From Haliotis cracherodii (taxonomy: Eukaryota): DNA of 64,000 nucleotides. Positions 49,756 through 63,701 of this stretch are shown piece after piece. The notes below the pieces were generated by a model. The model was not told the origin of the DNA. It did no database searches and saw only the letters and a program-made list of their open reading frames with translations. The DNA lies in the NCBI RefSeq assembly GCF_022045235.1, contig NW_027266265.1:38130001-38194000 (forward strand), read 5' to 3'. The position numbers and the translations under genes were made by a program. Within the stretch, counting starts at the first letter, position 1. Each line of letters opens with the position of its first letter.

Positions 49756-51319
49756 GCTATCTTATATATGTGAGGATTTTGAGAATAGGGAAATACCCAC
49801 CTGTGCATAAAATGAACTTGTCCTACAATGCCGAGGTCGGGTTCTATTCAGGGGGTCTTCTTTATTTATATACTGGTAAATTTGTTCATTTTATCCTCAT
49901 CCTCAAACTCGCTGTACATGATCTTGATATCTCATATAATAAATAAACGATTCTCAAGGTTTATTCTCCCTGCAGTGTTTTATTGTACGATAAACAACTC
50001 CCACTCGAGGATTTTTTTTTCATAAATAAATACGACACTCTTCGCCCCGAAGCTTTTGGTCTACCCAGCTGCTACGGATCGACCAGCTTAAGCTGTGAGG
50101 ATACTTCATAACCTACATATCAAATGTTTATAATTTTTTTGGGAAAAATATATAAATATATGTCAAGCCATTAACTTAATTGGGAAAACGCCATAACCCA
50201 TGAAAACATAGTCCATTTGATATATCTCTTGGTGTCTTTGATAACGCCTCACTCAGCAATATTCGATCCTGGACCAGACAAACCAGTGACTGAAAGCATA
50301 AACAATGAGACACGACAAGTCTCTCTTCAGAGTTGTCTCCTTTGACCGTGCCAGGATGCGCTGATTCGTTCTTCGTTCTGATTTGTATTTCAGCACACTT
50401 TACCGTTTTTTGAACACACACACACACACGCACTCTCTCTCTCACTCACACTCAAGCGCACACAGCCGTTACAGAACAGCATGCATAATTTATACAGGCA
50501 GAGCTGTTATATCCGCGACTGACACGTTTTAAGGCGCATGCCAACAAGAAAATTCCCCGGCTGATATTCACTGTGTATGGATATCCAATGTTTTTATTCA
50601 TGATCAACGCTGGGAATGCGCGCTGTACTGTGTAACCTGATATTATTCTCAAACATATGTCATCCACACCTGGCGGCTCGATCTCTTTGAAGTCTTTGTT
50701 CAGGTAGGTAGGGCTTTTAATCACGCCTGTTCACAGTGACGTAAGTATTATATATCAAGGCGATGCTATTAATTGGCGTGTAAACGAAACAATAATCCGC
50801 CCTCAGCTCAATGCATTTCATCAACTTTTGCAAGTTCATACCTGACGCTCGACAAATCATTTTAAACAGCTGTAAATTAACAGACTCATTTTAACCCCAA
50901 AGCTTATCCGTTACCCCGGTTCCCAAGTTTACACCACAGGGTTGTGGCTTGTTTACGGCTTTTTTGTGGTACTCAAAGGGTTTGATTTCAGTTTTGAATA
51001 CGTGGGTTAATTTGTGTAATTCTTTGGACGATATCATATGTTGGGTGTCATTGTTGTGGTATTCACGAGTGTGCCGACGGTTAGGATATAGCGTTGAGCA
51101 GAACCTCACGCCAGGATACGTGCAATGTGTCTCTTTTCTTGCAATACATATATGAAACCAGATGATAGTCTGTTTGCGGCGGGTAGGTGCATGGGTGTGT
51201 TTGGGTGGCGTCAGGCTGACGTAAATAAATGTGTAGTAAATACAACAATGGTTTGGTTCACAGGAAAACGTTATGTCTTAAGTGAGGCGAAATTGGGTTT
51301 AGCGTCGCGTCCAAGATTA

Positions 51320-51582
51320 TTGTTTGTTTGATGTTTTACGCCGCACTCAGCAATATTCCAGCTACATGATGGCGGTCTATCAATAATGGAGTCTGGACCA
51401 GACAATCCAGTGACTGACATCATGAGCATCGATCCACACAATTGAGATCGATGACATGCATCAACCAAGTCAGCGACCCTGACTACCCGATCCCGTTAGT
51501 CGCCTCTTACGACAAGCATAGTCGCCTTTTACGGCAAGCATGGTTTGCTGAAGACCTATTTTACCCCGGATCTTCAAGGGTC
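51320..51582 (-). mobile_element. SINE family A
   Basis: Flanked by ccaagattatt / ccaaaattatt. Confidence 0.85.
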
Positions 51583-51654
51583 CCAAAATTATTACATTTA
51601 TGTAGCCTCTGTTTGTTGTGGACTGATACCAATATGCAGTGCTAGCTCACTGAG

Positions 51655-51860
51655 ATAAGATGCCGCAGTTTAATACGAATACCAACTCAGACACAGCATA
51701 CAGCCGACCAGTCCTTGTTTGAGCCCCTTAATGCCGAGCGCCAGACAGGGTAACAACAAGTAGCATCTTTTAACGTCTTTGGGTATGACGCGGCCGGGAT
51801 CGAACCCCGGACCTTCCGCTCGCCGGGAGGACGCTCTACTGCTAGACCACGAGGAGGTCA
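51655..51860 (-). mobile_element. SINE family D
   Basis: Reverse-complement head and body. Confidence 0.8.
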
Positions 51861-51984
51861 GTGGTGCAAACGTCTTCAGGAGCTGCCCTCGGGAAGTTGA
51901 CAGATTTGGTAGATGTAGTGTCCGTGTGCATTGCTACCTTTTCTTTATGGAAACCGATCTTCTGTTCACATCAAGGGAGGCGGC

Positions 51985-52254
51985 ACTGATGGCCCAGTTG
52001 CCTATGGAGCCGCGATTCGCTGTGCAGGGTTGCGTCCCTCGGGCACGCCAGAAATTTATGAATTTGGGTTCGAATCCCGGCTCGCCCCGATTATGTTACT
52101 AGGTTTGTCAGCACCATACCCGTGCTCGTGGGTTTCACTAAAGTGGTAAACGTCTGAGACCTGCGGCACTTCGGGATTTCCTCCCACATTAAGTTGACAC
52201 GCCGTGATATAACTGGAATAATGTTAAAAGCAGCGTTAAACCCAACTCACTCAC
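51985..52254 (+). mobile_element. SINE family C
   Basis: Full-length match. Confidence 0.85.
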
Positions 52255-52316
52255 ATCCGGGAAAGTAAACTTCAGGTTGTATAGGCGACAAAGCAACGAG
52301 CTGTGACTTGTACTCA

Positions 52317-52552
52317 GACCCATGAAGATCCGGGGTAGAATAGGTCTTCAGCAACCCATGCGTGCCGTAAAAGGTGACTGTGCTTGTCTTCAGAGGCGAC
52401 TAACGGGATCGGGTGGTCAGGCTCGCTGACTTGGTTAATACATGTCATTGATCCCAATTGCGTGGATCAATGCTCATGATATTTATCACTGGATTGTCTG
52501 GGCCGTCAGATAGCTGGAATATTGCGGAGTGCGGCGTTAAACAACAAACCAA
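52317..52552 (+). mobile_element. SINE family A
   Basis: Starts gacccatgaagatccgggg. Confidence 0.85.
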
Positions 52553-53107
52553 ATGTTTGATTCATGGGAAGAATATGTCCAACTGACCCAAGCACCATTA
52601 AACCTCAGGGTGACAATGCCTCGGGGTATGACGTCATTACCATCCGCGTGTAGAGTAGTATGCACACTCAACACTGTAGACTAATGGCGCCGTTATTATC
52701 ACGCACAGTTTGCTCTCAACACCATTCCGAATCCACGTGGATGTGACTCAGCTACTCTATGAAAAATACCTTTGTGTTTCATTTTTTTAAAGAGTACATG
52801 TAAGAAGACTCCTCGGAAAATGGCTGTATATTAGCAGGCTCAATTCACTCAAAGATATTTAACGATCAGTGTTGATATGTAATTTTGTAAAGATTTCAAT
52901 TCTTATTGCTGACTGATACAAAAGTTGTTCTCAGGAAGGTACAGTGAGTCACGGAGACTGTACACTCATAAAACAAGAGTGTGATTCATCCATGTTTCAA
53001 ATTGAATCTATTTAGTTAGACTAGCCTTTTTTATAATCTAGACTGGTATTAAAGGCCTATAATTTAAATAAATGCAGACGACTCTGTCTGTCATGGTTGA
53101 GGTTATA

Positions 53108-54780
53108 ATGACAAGATTCTTCTTGTAGAATACTAGTGACAAGATAATTCTTGTAGAATACTAGTGACAAGATACTTCTTGTAGAATACTAGTGACAAGA
53201 TACTTCTTGTAGTTTTCTACTGAAAGATAATTCTTGGAAATTTCTAGTGAAAGATACTTCTTGTAGAATACTAGTGACAAGATACTTCTTGTAGAATATT
53301 AGTGACAAGATACTTCTCGTAGAACACTAGTGACAAGATACTTCTTGTAAATTTCTAGTGAAAGATACGTCTTGTAGAATACTTGTGACAGGATACTTCG
53401 TGTAGAATACTAGTGACAAGATACTTCTTGTAGTTTTCTAGTGAAAGATAATTCTTGTAGAATACTAGTGACAAGATACTTCTCTTAGTTTTCTACTGAA
53501 AGATACTTCTTGTAGAATACTAGTGAAAGATACATCTTGTAGAGTACTTGTGACAGGATACTTCTTGTAGAATACTAGTGACAAGATACTTCTTGTAAAA
53601 TACTAGTGAAAGATACTTCTTGTAGAATACTTGTGATAGGATACTTGTTGTAGAATAGTAGTGACAAGATACTTCTTGTAGAATACTAGTGATAAGATAC
53701 TTCTTGTAGAATACTAGTGACAAGATACTTCTTGTAGAATAGCACTGACAAATGACTTCCTGGTGAAAACCAGTTCTTACCTACTTCTTGTAAAAACCAG
53801 AGACAACTTACTCTATGTAAAAACCAGTAACTACTTACTTTTGTAGACACCAGTGACGACTTACTTCTTGTAAACAACAGTGACTACTTCTTGTAAAAAC
53901 CAGTGACACCGTACTTCTTGTAAAAACCAGTGACTACTTACTTCTTGTAACAACCAGTGACAGCTTACTTCTTGTAAACACCAGTGACAACTTACTTCTT
54001 GTAAACACCAGTGACTACTTATTTCTTGTAAACAACAGTGACTACTTACTTCTTGTAAACACCAGTGACAACTTACTTCTTGTAAACACCAGTGACTACT
54101 TACTTCTTGTAAACACCAGTGACTACTTCCTTCTTGTAAACATCATTGACTACTTACTTCTTGTAAACACCAGTGACTACTTCCTTCTTGTAAACACCAG
54201 TGACTACTTCCTTCTTGTAAACACCAGTGACAGCTTACTTCTTGTAAACACCAGTGACTACTTACTTCTTGTAAACATCATTGACTACTTACTTCTTGTA
54301 AACACCAGTGACTACTTCCTTCTTGTAAACACCAGTGACAGCTTACTTCTTGTAAACACCAGTGACTACTTATTTCTTGTAAACAACAGTGACTACTTAC
54401 TTCTTGTAGACACCAGTGACAACTTACTTCTTGTAAAAACCAGTGACAACTTACTTCTTGTAGACACCAGTGACTACTTCCTTCTTGTAAAAACCAGTGA
54501 CAGCTTACTTCTTGTAGACACCAGTGACTACTTACTTCTTGTAAACATCATTGACTACTTACTTCTTGTAAAAACCAGTGACAACTTACTTATTGTAAGA
54601 ACCAGTGACTACTTACTTCTTGCAGAACACCAATGACAACCTGCTTCTTGTAGAACACAAATAATGAGGTACTTTCTTTAGAATACCAATGACAAGGTAC
54701 CTCTTTTAGAATACCAAGGACAACCTACTTTTAGAATATCAGTGATGAGATACCCACCTCTTAGAATACTGACGACAACA
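53108..54780. repeat. Bipartite minisatellite (28-bp then 27-bp related units)
   Basis: ctagtgacaagatacttcttgtagaata switches to ccagtgactacttacttcttgtaaaca near 53750. Confidence 0.95.
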
Positions 54781-55319
54781 TACATCTCGTTATCAGCAAC
54801 ACTGTTCTATGCAAGTTGTTAATGTGATAAGGTTGTTAATTTCAGTTTCGTGAATTCTGAAGGTTAGAAAACTCAGTCGGGCTAAAATACCCCGAATCTG
54901 GAGAACCCATATTTCTTTCCCCGCCTGTATCTGAGCGACACCGCAAATAGCACCCTGGTCAGGCATTACCATTTCAAGGAACGCAACTCTTCTTTCAAGC
55001 TGCTTTTGACTAAGATACCTTAGAACATGTCTTCGCTTATAGGCGTCTCATACAATCTTTGAAGAAACCTCTTCAAGTCTCGCTACATATAGTACCACAA
55101 GTGCTCTTGTGGCGCGAAGCAATATTCACTCAACGTGATGAAGACAATGCAAAGGAACGGTGCAGAAATCGGTTGACAACATAACCACAGCACATGTTGG
55201 TGCGATTAAACAGTCAACAAGCGTGAAATGTACGTTTATTGATGAGTATGAACTCATTAAAAAACTAGTCTGACGGTCTGAATAGGTTGAGGGCTATTTG
55301 TTCTGTTCACATTTCATGG

Positions 55320-58300
55320 ATGGACAGTCGATCGCATCTGACTGGGTAATTATCTGGATGTACAGTCGATCACATCTGACTTGGAACTTGTATAGAAGTA
55401 CAGTCGATCAAATCTGACTAGGAACTTGTATGGATGTACAGTCGATCACATTTGACTAGGGACTTGTATAGAAGTACAGTCGATCACATCTGACTAGGAA
55501 CTTGTATGGAAGTACAGTCGATCACATCTGACTAGGAACTTGTATGGATGTACAGTCGATCACATTTGACTAGGGACTTGTATAGAAGTACAGTCGATCA
55601 CATCTGACTAGGAACTTGTATGGAAGTACAGTCGATCACATCTGACTAGGAACTTGTATGGATGTACAGTCGACCACATTTGACTGGAACTTGTATGGAA
55701 GTACAGTCGATCACATCTGGCTTGGAAAGTGTATGGGTGTACAGTCGATCACATCTGACTGGGAACTTGTATGGAAGTACAGTCGATCACCTGTGACGAG
55801 AAACTTGTATTGAAGTACAGTCGATCACATCTGACTAGGAACTTGTATGGAAATACCGTCGATCACATCTGACTGGGAACTTGTATGGAAGTACAGTCGA
55901 TCACATCTGACTAGGACCTTGTATGGATGTACAGTCGATCACCTGTGACGAGAAACTTGTATTGATGTACAGTCGATCACATCTGACTGGGAACTTGTAT
56001 GGAAGTACAGTCGATCACATCTGGCTTGGAACTTGTATGGAAGTACAGTCGATCACATCTGACTGGGAACTTGTATGGAAGTACAGTCGATCACATCTGA
56101 CTGGGAACTTGTATGGAAGTACAGTCGATCACATCTGACTAGGACCTTGTATGGAAATACCGTCGATCACATCTGACTGGGAACTTGTATGGAAGTACAG
56201 TCGATCACATCTGACTGGGAACTTGTATGGAAGTACAGTCGATCACATCTGACTAGGAACTTGTATGGAAATACCGTCGATCACATCTGACTGGGAACTT
56301 GTATGGAAGTACAGTCGATCACCTGTGACGAGAAACTTGTATTGATGTACAGTCGATCACATCTGACTAGGACCTTGTATGGAAATACCGTCGATCACAT
56401 CTGACTGGGAACTTGTATGGAAGTACAGTCGATCACATCTCACTAGGACCTTGTATGGATGTACAGTCGATCACATCTGACTGGAACTTGTATGAAGTAC
56501 AGTCGATCACATCTGACTGGAACTTGTATGAAGTACAGTCGATCACATCTGACTAGGACCTTGTATGGATGTACAGTCGATCACATCTGACTGGAACTTG
56601 TATGGAAGTACAGTCGATCACATCTGGCTTGGAAAGTGTACGGGTGTACAGTCGATCACCTGTGACGAGGAACTTGTATGGATGTACAGTCGATCACATC
56701 TGACTAGGAACTTGTATGGAAGTACTGTCGATCACATCTGACTGGGAACTTGTATGGGTGTACAGTCGATCACATCTGACAAGGAACTTGTATGGAAGTA
56801 CAGTCGATCACATCTGACTGGAACTTGTATGAAGTACAGTGGATCACATCTGACTGGAACTTGTATGAAGTACAGTCGATCACATCTGGCTTGGAAAGTG
56901 TATGGGTGTACAGTCGATCACCTGTGACGAGGAACTTGTATGGATGTACAGTCGATCACATCTGACTAGGAACTTGTATGGAAGTACAGTCGATCACATC
57001 TGACTGGGAACTTGTATGAAGTACAGTCGATAACATCTGACTAGGAACTTGTATGGATGTACAGTGGATCACATCTGACTAGGAACTTGTATGGATGTAC
57101 AGTCGATCACATCTGATTAGGAACTTGTATGGAAGTACAGTCGATCACATCTGACTGGGAACTTGTATGGAAGTACAGTCGATCACATCTAACTGGAAAC
57201 TTGTATGGATGTACAGTCGATCACATCTGACTGGAACTTGTATGAAGTACAGTCGATCACATCTGGCTTGGAAAGTGTATGGGTGTACAGTCGATCACCT
57301 GTGACGAGGAACTTGTATGGATGTACAGTCGATCACATCTGACTAGGAACTTGTATGGAAGTACAGTCGATCACATCTGACTGGGAACTTGTATGAAGTA
57401 CAGTCGACCACATCTGATTAGGAACTTGTATGGGTGTACAGTCGATCACGTCTGACTAGTAACTTGTATGGATGTACAGTCGATCACATCTGACTAGGAA
57501 CTTGTATGGAAGTACAGTTGATCACGTCTGACTAGGAACTTGTATGGATGTACAGTCGATCACATCTGACTAGGAACTTGTATGGAAGTACAGTCGATCA
57601 CATCTGACTGGGAACTTGTATGGAAGTACAGTCGATCACATCTAACTGGGAACTCGTATGAAGTACAGTGGATCACATCTGACTAGGAACTTGTATGGAT
57701 GTACAGTCGATCACATCTGACTAGGAACTTGTATGGATGTACAGTGGATCACATCTGACTAGGAACTTGTATGGAAGTACAGTCGATCACATCTAACTGG
57801 GAACTCGTATGAAGTACAGTCGATCACATCTGACTAGGAACTTGTATGGATGTACAGTGGATCACATCTGACTAGGAACTTGTATGGATGTACAGTGGAT
57901 CACATCTGACTGGGAACTTGTATGGAAGTACAGTCGATCACATCTGACTGGGAACTCGTATGAAGTACAGTCGATCACATCTGACTAGGAACTTGTATGG
58001 ATGTACAGTGGATCACATCTGACTGGGAACTTGTATGGAAGTACAGTCGATCACATCTAACTGGGAACTCGTATGAAGTACAGTCGATCACATCTGACTA
58101 GGAACTTGTATGGATGTACAGTGGATCACATCTGACTGGGAACTTGTATGGAAGTACAGTCGATCACATCTGACTGGGAACTCGTATGAAGTACAGTCGA
58201 TCACATCTGACTAGGAACTTGTATGGATGTACAGTCGATCACATCTGACTAGGAACTTGTATGAAGTACAGTCGATCACATCTGACTAGGACCTTGTATG

Positions 58301-58745
58301 GATGTACAGTCGATCACATCTGACTAGGACCTTGTATGAAGTACAGTCGATCACATCTGACTAGGACCTTGTATGGATGTACAGTCGATCACATCTGACT
58401 AGGAACTCGTATGAAGTACAGTCGATCACATCTGACTAGGACCTTGTATGGATGTACAGTCGATCACCTGTGACGAGGAACTTGTATGGATGTACAGTCG
58501 ATCACATCTGACTAGGAACTTGTATGGAAGTACAGTCGATCACATCTGACTGGGAACTTGTATGAAGTACAGTCGATCACATCTGACTAGGAACTTGTAT
58601 GGAAGTACAGTCGATCACATCTGACTGGGAACTCGTATGAAGTACAGTCGATCACATCTGACTAGGAACTTGTATGGATGTACAGTGGATCACATCTGAC
58701 TAGGAACCTGGATGGATGTACAGTCGATCACATCTGACGAGGAAA
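55320..58745. repeat. Satellite, 38-bp unit (tacagtcgatcacatctgactaggaacttgtatggaag)
   Basis: About 90 tandem units. Confidence 0.97.
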
Positions 58746-59146
58746 GTGTAAGTTGATCTGAATAATTTCCGGTGTCTTCGTTGATCGTCCGATATGAATA
58801 GTGCTAGAGTTTCTTCACATATAGGTTTTCGGTTCACAGGGGTCTTCATCTATGAATAGGTTCTGACTTCACAGCTTTTTAGAAGAAGGTTTTCATTCCA
58901 CGGGCCATGACGTTACTGATTTGAAAGACGAACGATGCGACAAACAGAACTGAACGACAGACAAAATAACGGAGCACACAGAGCCACAAAACCGATAAGG
59001 ATATTTCGGACAGGAAAGTTTGTCAAAGAAAAGACAAGGGAATATGAGGGGAAGGGAGGGGGAGTGTTTGTGTGTGTGTGTGTGTTTGTGTGTGTGTGGG
59101 GGGGGGGGGGGGGGGATGGTTTAGTGGCATAACATTGTTTAAGTTT

Positions 59147-59356
59147 CTGTTGCTTGTTGTGTAATGCTGCAGTCACCAATATTCCAACTAAATGACGGCG
59201 GGCTGTAAATAATAGAGTATAGACCAGACAGTCCAGTGATTGATATCATGAGCATCAATCCACGCAAATGGAATACGATGACATGCTTTAACCAAGTAAG
59301 CGAGCCTGACCACCCGATCCCGTTAGTCGCTTCATCCGACAAACATGGGTTGCTGA
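59147..59356 (-). mobile_element. SINE family A
   Basis: Diverged consensus match. Confidence 0.8.
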
Positions 59357-60177
59357 ATCCGACGTGGAAACAGTACTGGCAATAATAATCCAGACAAAAA
59401 GCCTACTCCACTGAACAATTCTTTTGAAGTTTGGTTTTTTTTTAATTCGAGATTTTCCCCTTGTAGCTCTCGGAATCAGGTTACTTTACTAGACAAGATA
59501 TCACATTTACTCCAATAATCGGACAATTCTCAGGAATAAGCATCCAACGACTCGTATCAGATTACGCACCATTAGCCATTACTTGTACAATAGACAGTGA
59601 TACCGGACCTGGTAGTGGATAATTATAACTTTGTTGGGCAAATTGTCCTGTTTGATCTACTCCCTTCGTATTTCAAATATGGTAAGGGATCAGAATCGCT
59701 CCTTATGATACATTTTAATAAGATCTCTAAGGTAGACCCTTGGTGTGTCACCTTAACGGAGTTGTATATCAAAGGCGTAGATCTGTTTGAAGCCGAGGGA
59801 CAAGCTATATATACAATATAGGAGACCTATCTGTTTGATAAGCAATCTACGACAAGTAGTCATTGTGCTTTGAAGACATCTCGGATGGCAGTAAAAGTTT
59901 TATCTCTATCAAAGAAATGCAATACTCTGGGTAGTGGCCCCTTGGCGACCCGCCGCTACGTCCATGTGACTGCCATCAGACGGCCTATTGTTTGGGTTAA
60001 CGGGGTGTTATTAAACGGAATGGTTTGTGATTCATTGTAATTTAAGTTTTTCTTTAGAAAGGTTAGATTCCTGTCGTAATTATATACGTGCTATTCATCT
60101 CATTGGGAAGGCTTACGATGACTTTATCCGTACGCGCACGCACCAGCTTCTATGCAGGCTGTGAGAACTTGTATAAT

Positions 60178-60423
60178 GTTGTTTGTTTAATTGTTGTTTA
60201 ACGCCGCACACAGCAGTATTCCAGCTATATGACGGCGGTCTGTAAACCAGACAATCCAGTGACTGACATCATGGACATCTATCCACACAACTGTGATATG
60301 ATGACATGCATCAACCATGTCAGCGAGCCCTGACCACCCGAACCCTCTTACGACAAGCATAGTCGCCTTTTACGGCAAGCATGGGTTGCTGAAGACCTAT
60401 TCTACCCCGGATCTTCACGGGTC
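60178..60423 (-). mobile_element. SINE family A
   Basis: Full 5' end gacccgtgaagatcc. Confidence 0.85.
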
Positions 60424-60894
60424 TTGAGATCGGGACGGTGTTGTTTAAATTCAGGAAACCGAAGTCCTGATTTTAATAATGGAAAATATGACTTTTGTAA
60501 AAAATACAATATATTACAGTGAATTGCCTGTAAATAATCGATTGCAGGCCAAACACCCTTCCACAAAGAAATCTTAGATTGTAACTCCTATATTGAACAC
60601 AGAGTTCGTAGCCCTTAGATCGCTTAGAACACAAATCTCATAAGCACTTCTCATAATTACAATCTACAAACTAAAAGGCAGATTGACGATCACAGACAAA
60701 AAAACATAAAACACCTTCCTGGGTAATAAAAGGTGCGAACTGACGTTAAAATAGTGACAAATTCTCGAAATATATTCAAATACTTTTGCGTGAGAGACAG
60801 GTGAGGTGGAGAAAGTGAAGTCAATTGTGAAACTGTGTTGGCGAATTGGTTCACTGTATTTATCATAACAGAATGAAGATACAATACCCAGCGC

Positions 60895-60996
60895 CGCCTT
60901 CCACGAAGCGACCTTAGCGCTACGACTATCGTAAGTCTGTGTTGAAGCATGGGAGTTACGAAAGTCGTAGCGCTGACGTCGCTTTCTGGATCAAGG
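60895..60996. mobile_element. Short palindromic MITE, second copy
   Basis: Inverted arms agcgctacgact / agtcgtagcgct. Confidence 0.55.
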
Positions 60997-61261
60997 TTAC
61001 ACCAAGGTTCGATGACATTCCATCAGCCAGGTCACGTGGGGCGGCCACCCGATCCCAGTGCCCGAGTCGTATCCGGCGCTTGCGCCTATGTATAAGTTGG
61101 CGTTCTGCGAGGTCTGGTCCTCGTATCACCAAGAGGGTTGCTATTATTCACAAGCACTGCATATAAATGTTACAGGGATTATGTCGTTTCAAGAATGGGG
61201 TTCATACAGCTTCCCAGTGGAGAATCGAACCCTTGTCTTCAACCAGCCTACGACACAACCA

Positions 61262-61390
61262 TTTTGACACATATTGGAAACGTTTTAACTCGTACTGGAA
61301 ACGTTTTGACACGTACTGGAAACGTTTTAACTCGTACTGGAAACGTTTTGACACGTATTGAAAACGTTTTGACACGTACTGGAAACGTTT
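61262..61390. repeat. Minisatellite, 21-bp unit
   Basis: tggaaacgttttgacacgtac repeated. Confidence 0.9.
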
Positions 61391-61499
61391 ACCCCATATG
61401 TAGTTGTTTGAAGCGGGCATATAGCCTGAGTACGCTGTAAAATGCTGATAACCAACTATGCACGTTGTGCTGATGGCAGCACTTGTGTAACGCGCTTTT

Positions 61500-61870
61500 T
61501 GGGTGTGCAGGGGTTAATTTGAGTTCGGATCTCAGATTCCTCTTGTTTGTAAGCAATAGTGTCTTGACACCATACCCGTGTTCCTGAGTTTCAGAGAAGT
61601 GGCAACCGTCTAAAACCTGAATTACTCTGGGCTTCACGTTACGTTAAGCTGAAACGCCATGACGGGGTCACGGGTGGCCCATTGGTCTAAGGCGCCGTAA
61701 TTCGCCGTGCAGTGTTGCGTCCCTTTGTCACATCAGAAAACTATGATCGTTGGTTCGTATCCTGGTTCGCCCAGAATACGTTTCTTGGTTTGTCAACACT
61801 ATACCTGTGCTCCTGGCTCTCAGAAAAGTCTGTAAACGTCCTAAACCTGCTTCGCTTCTGGATTCCCGAC
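61500..61870. mobile_element. Two diverged SINE family C fragments in opposite orientation
   Basis: 61545-61660 and 61664-61870 carry family C body and head motifs. Confidence 0.6.
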
Positions 61871-61919
61871 CACACAAACGAACTAGTAACTGAAATTTGT
61901 TACTGGAATAGCGACTGTG

Positions 61920-62140
61920 CATGTCGTGAGAGGCGACTAACGGGATCGGGTGGTCAGGCTCGCTGGCTTGGTTCATACAGGTCATCGTATCCCAATGGCG
62001 TAGATCGATGCTCATGATGTCAATCAATGGATTGTGTGGTCCAGACTCGATTATTTACAGACCGCCGTCATATTGCTGAAATATTTCTTCTGAGTGCTGC
62101 GTTAAACAACAAACAAACAAACAAACAAAACAAAACAAAA
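61920..62140 (+). mobile_element. SINE family A, 5' truncated
   Basis: Consensus match with (aaac)n tail. Confidence 0.8.
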
Positions 62141-62371
62141 AGTAACTGAAATACGGTTCAAAGCGGCGTTTAATCAACTCACTCACTAGGTTTGTTTTCA
62201 CATTGAAATTGCGACAAAGTTAAACAAGAAAGAAAATCGTAACCAGGTTTTTTTTCACATGGGTAAGAGGTTTTATGGAATATTCCGGGAAAACGATGAA
62301 CCAGAAATACAAGTTCCATCACACAACTTATTATCTGTAGAAGCAGGCCGATATTTCTTGTCCATAGTCCG

Positions 62372-62644
62372 TTGGTTGGTTGGTTGGTTTGTTGTTTAAC
62401 GCCGCACTCAGCAATATTCCAGCTATATGACGGCGGTCTGTAAATAATCGAGTCTGGACAAGACAATCCAGTGATTAATATCATGAGCATCGATCCACAC
62501 AATTGGGATGAACGACATGCATCAACCAAGTCAACGAGCCTGACCACCCGATCCCGTTAGTCGCCTCTTACGACAAGCATAGTCGCCTTTTACGGCAAGC
62601 ATGGGTTGCTGAAGACCTATTCTATCCCGGAATCTTCACGGGCC
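62372..62644 (-). mobile_element. SINE family A, full length
   Basis: 12-bp TSD gtccatagtccg (62360-62371, 62645-62656). Confidence 0.9.
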
Positions 62645-63262
62645 GTCCATAGTCCGGTGAGATGATGTTGAGTGAGGAGTAACCGTACATACCATACACG
62701 AGCACTACAGTAATAAACTGCAGAGAAAAAGACATACACCCATGTTTGATGCTGGCTGAAAATGAAACAAACTAAAAATGTTAATTCGACCGTGACATAT
62801 TTAATACGGAGAGCATCGTTGTGCTTTCGACCTCAAGTTTGTAGTTTCGGCGACTGTTTTTTAGTCTAGTAACGTTTCTAGCACGTTTATAATGTTTTGG
62901 TCAAATCCAATTTCCTAGTGAGTACTTTCTTTTGCCAGGCAGTTTAGTTGACGATTTCCCCCTTTTATCCAAAAGATATTATCTTATTGTGTTTGGTAAT
63001 ATGGTACAAACATAGGCTAGCTCACGTAATATATGACAATAGTTTATGAAAAAATAATATTTTAAAGGCTTTCGGGGAGATTCACTGTCAGATCAACGCC
63101 ATGCTTCGCTCAACTGTATTTTGATCAATGAAACATACTCACTTCTCACATGGCGTACATACAGTGCCGGGCAAAAGAAAATATACACTTGAAACTTAGA
63201 TTTGGATTTCTTGTTTCTTATATTTTCAGCCACCATCAAACTTGGATGTATACTTTCTTTAA

Positions 63263-63430
63263 GTAAGGATAGGATTCATGGATGAACAACTTCTTTATTA
63301 CAATTAAGAGCGACATTTCGGTGTAGGTTCTAGCACCGTTATCAGGCACTTGCTTGATAACGGTGTTGGAACCTACACCGAAATCCTATCCTTACTTAGT
63401 ACTCCAACTTCTAAATGCCTCTCAAGAAGT
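63263..63430. mobile_element. Penelope-like element terminal fragment with inverted duplication
   Basis: 12-bp direct repeat tactttctttaa at 63251-63262 and 63431-63442; inverted pair of (c)tgataacggtg-N10-caccgaaat motifs, the minus-strand copy followed by aataaa. Confidence 0.6.
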
Positions 63431-63443
63431 TACTTTCTTTAAC

Positions 63444-63572
63444 GGGGCGGTCGGGTAGCCTAGTGGTTTAAGCGTTAGCTCGTCACGCCGAAGACCCGGG
63501 TTCGATTCCCGACATGGGTACAATGTGTGAAACCCATTTCTGGTGTCTCCCGCCGTGATATTGCTGGAATAT
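63444..63572 (+). mobile_element. SINE family B running into an assembly gap
   Basis: A/B boxes. Confidence 0.85.
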
Positions 63573-63701
63573 NNNNNNNNNNNNNNNNNNNNNNNNNNNN
63601 NNNNNNNNNNNNNNNNNNNNNNNNNNNNNNNNNNNNNNNNNNNNNNNNNNNNNNNNNNNNNNNNNNNNNNNNNNNNNNNNNNNNNNNNNNNNNNNNNNNN
63701 N
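63573..63701. other. Assembly gap (N run)
   Basis: Ns. Confidence 1.

Noticed and set aside
55320-58745. 38-bp (and 31-, 28-bp) regular repeats resembling a CRISPR array
   Set aside because: Units are directly tandem with no unique spacers, there are no cas genes, and the context is eukaryotic.
59420-59900. Coding-like stretch containing PDLVV
   Set aside because: Short, interrupted and without further nuclease motif support.
62179-62547. Recurrent ORF MVRLVDLVDAC...TGLSGPDSIIYRPP
   Set aside because: Translation of SINE family A; the frame is not conserved among copies.
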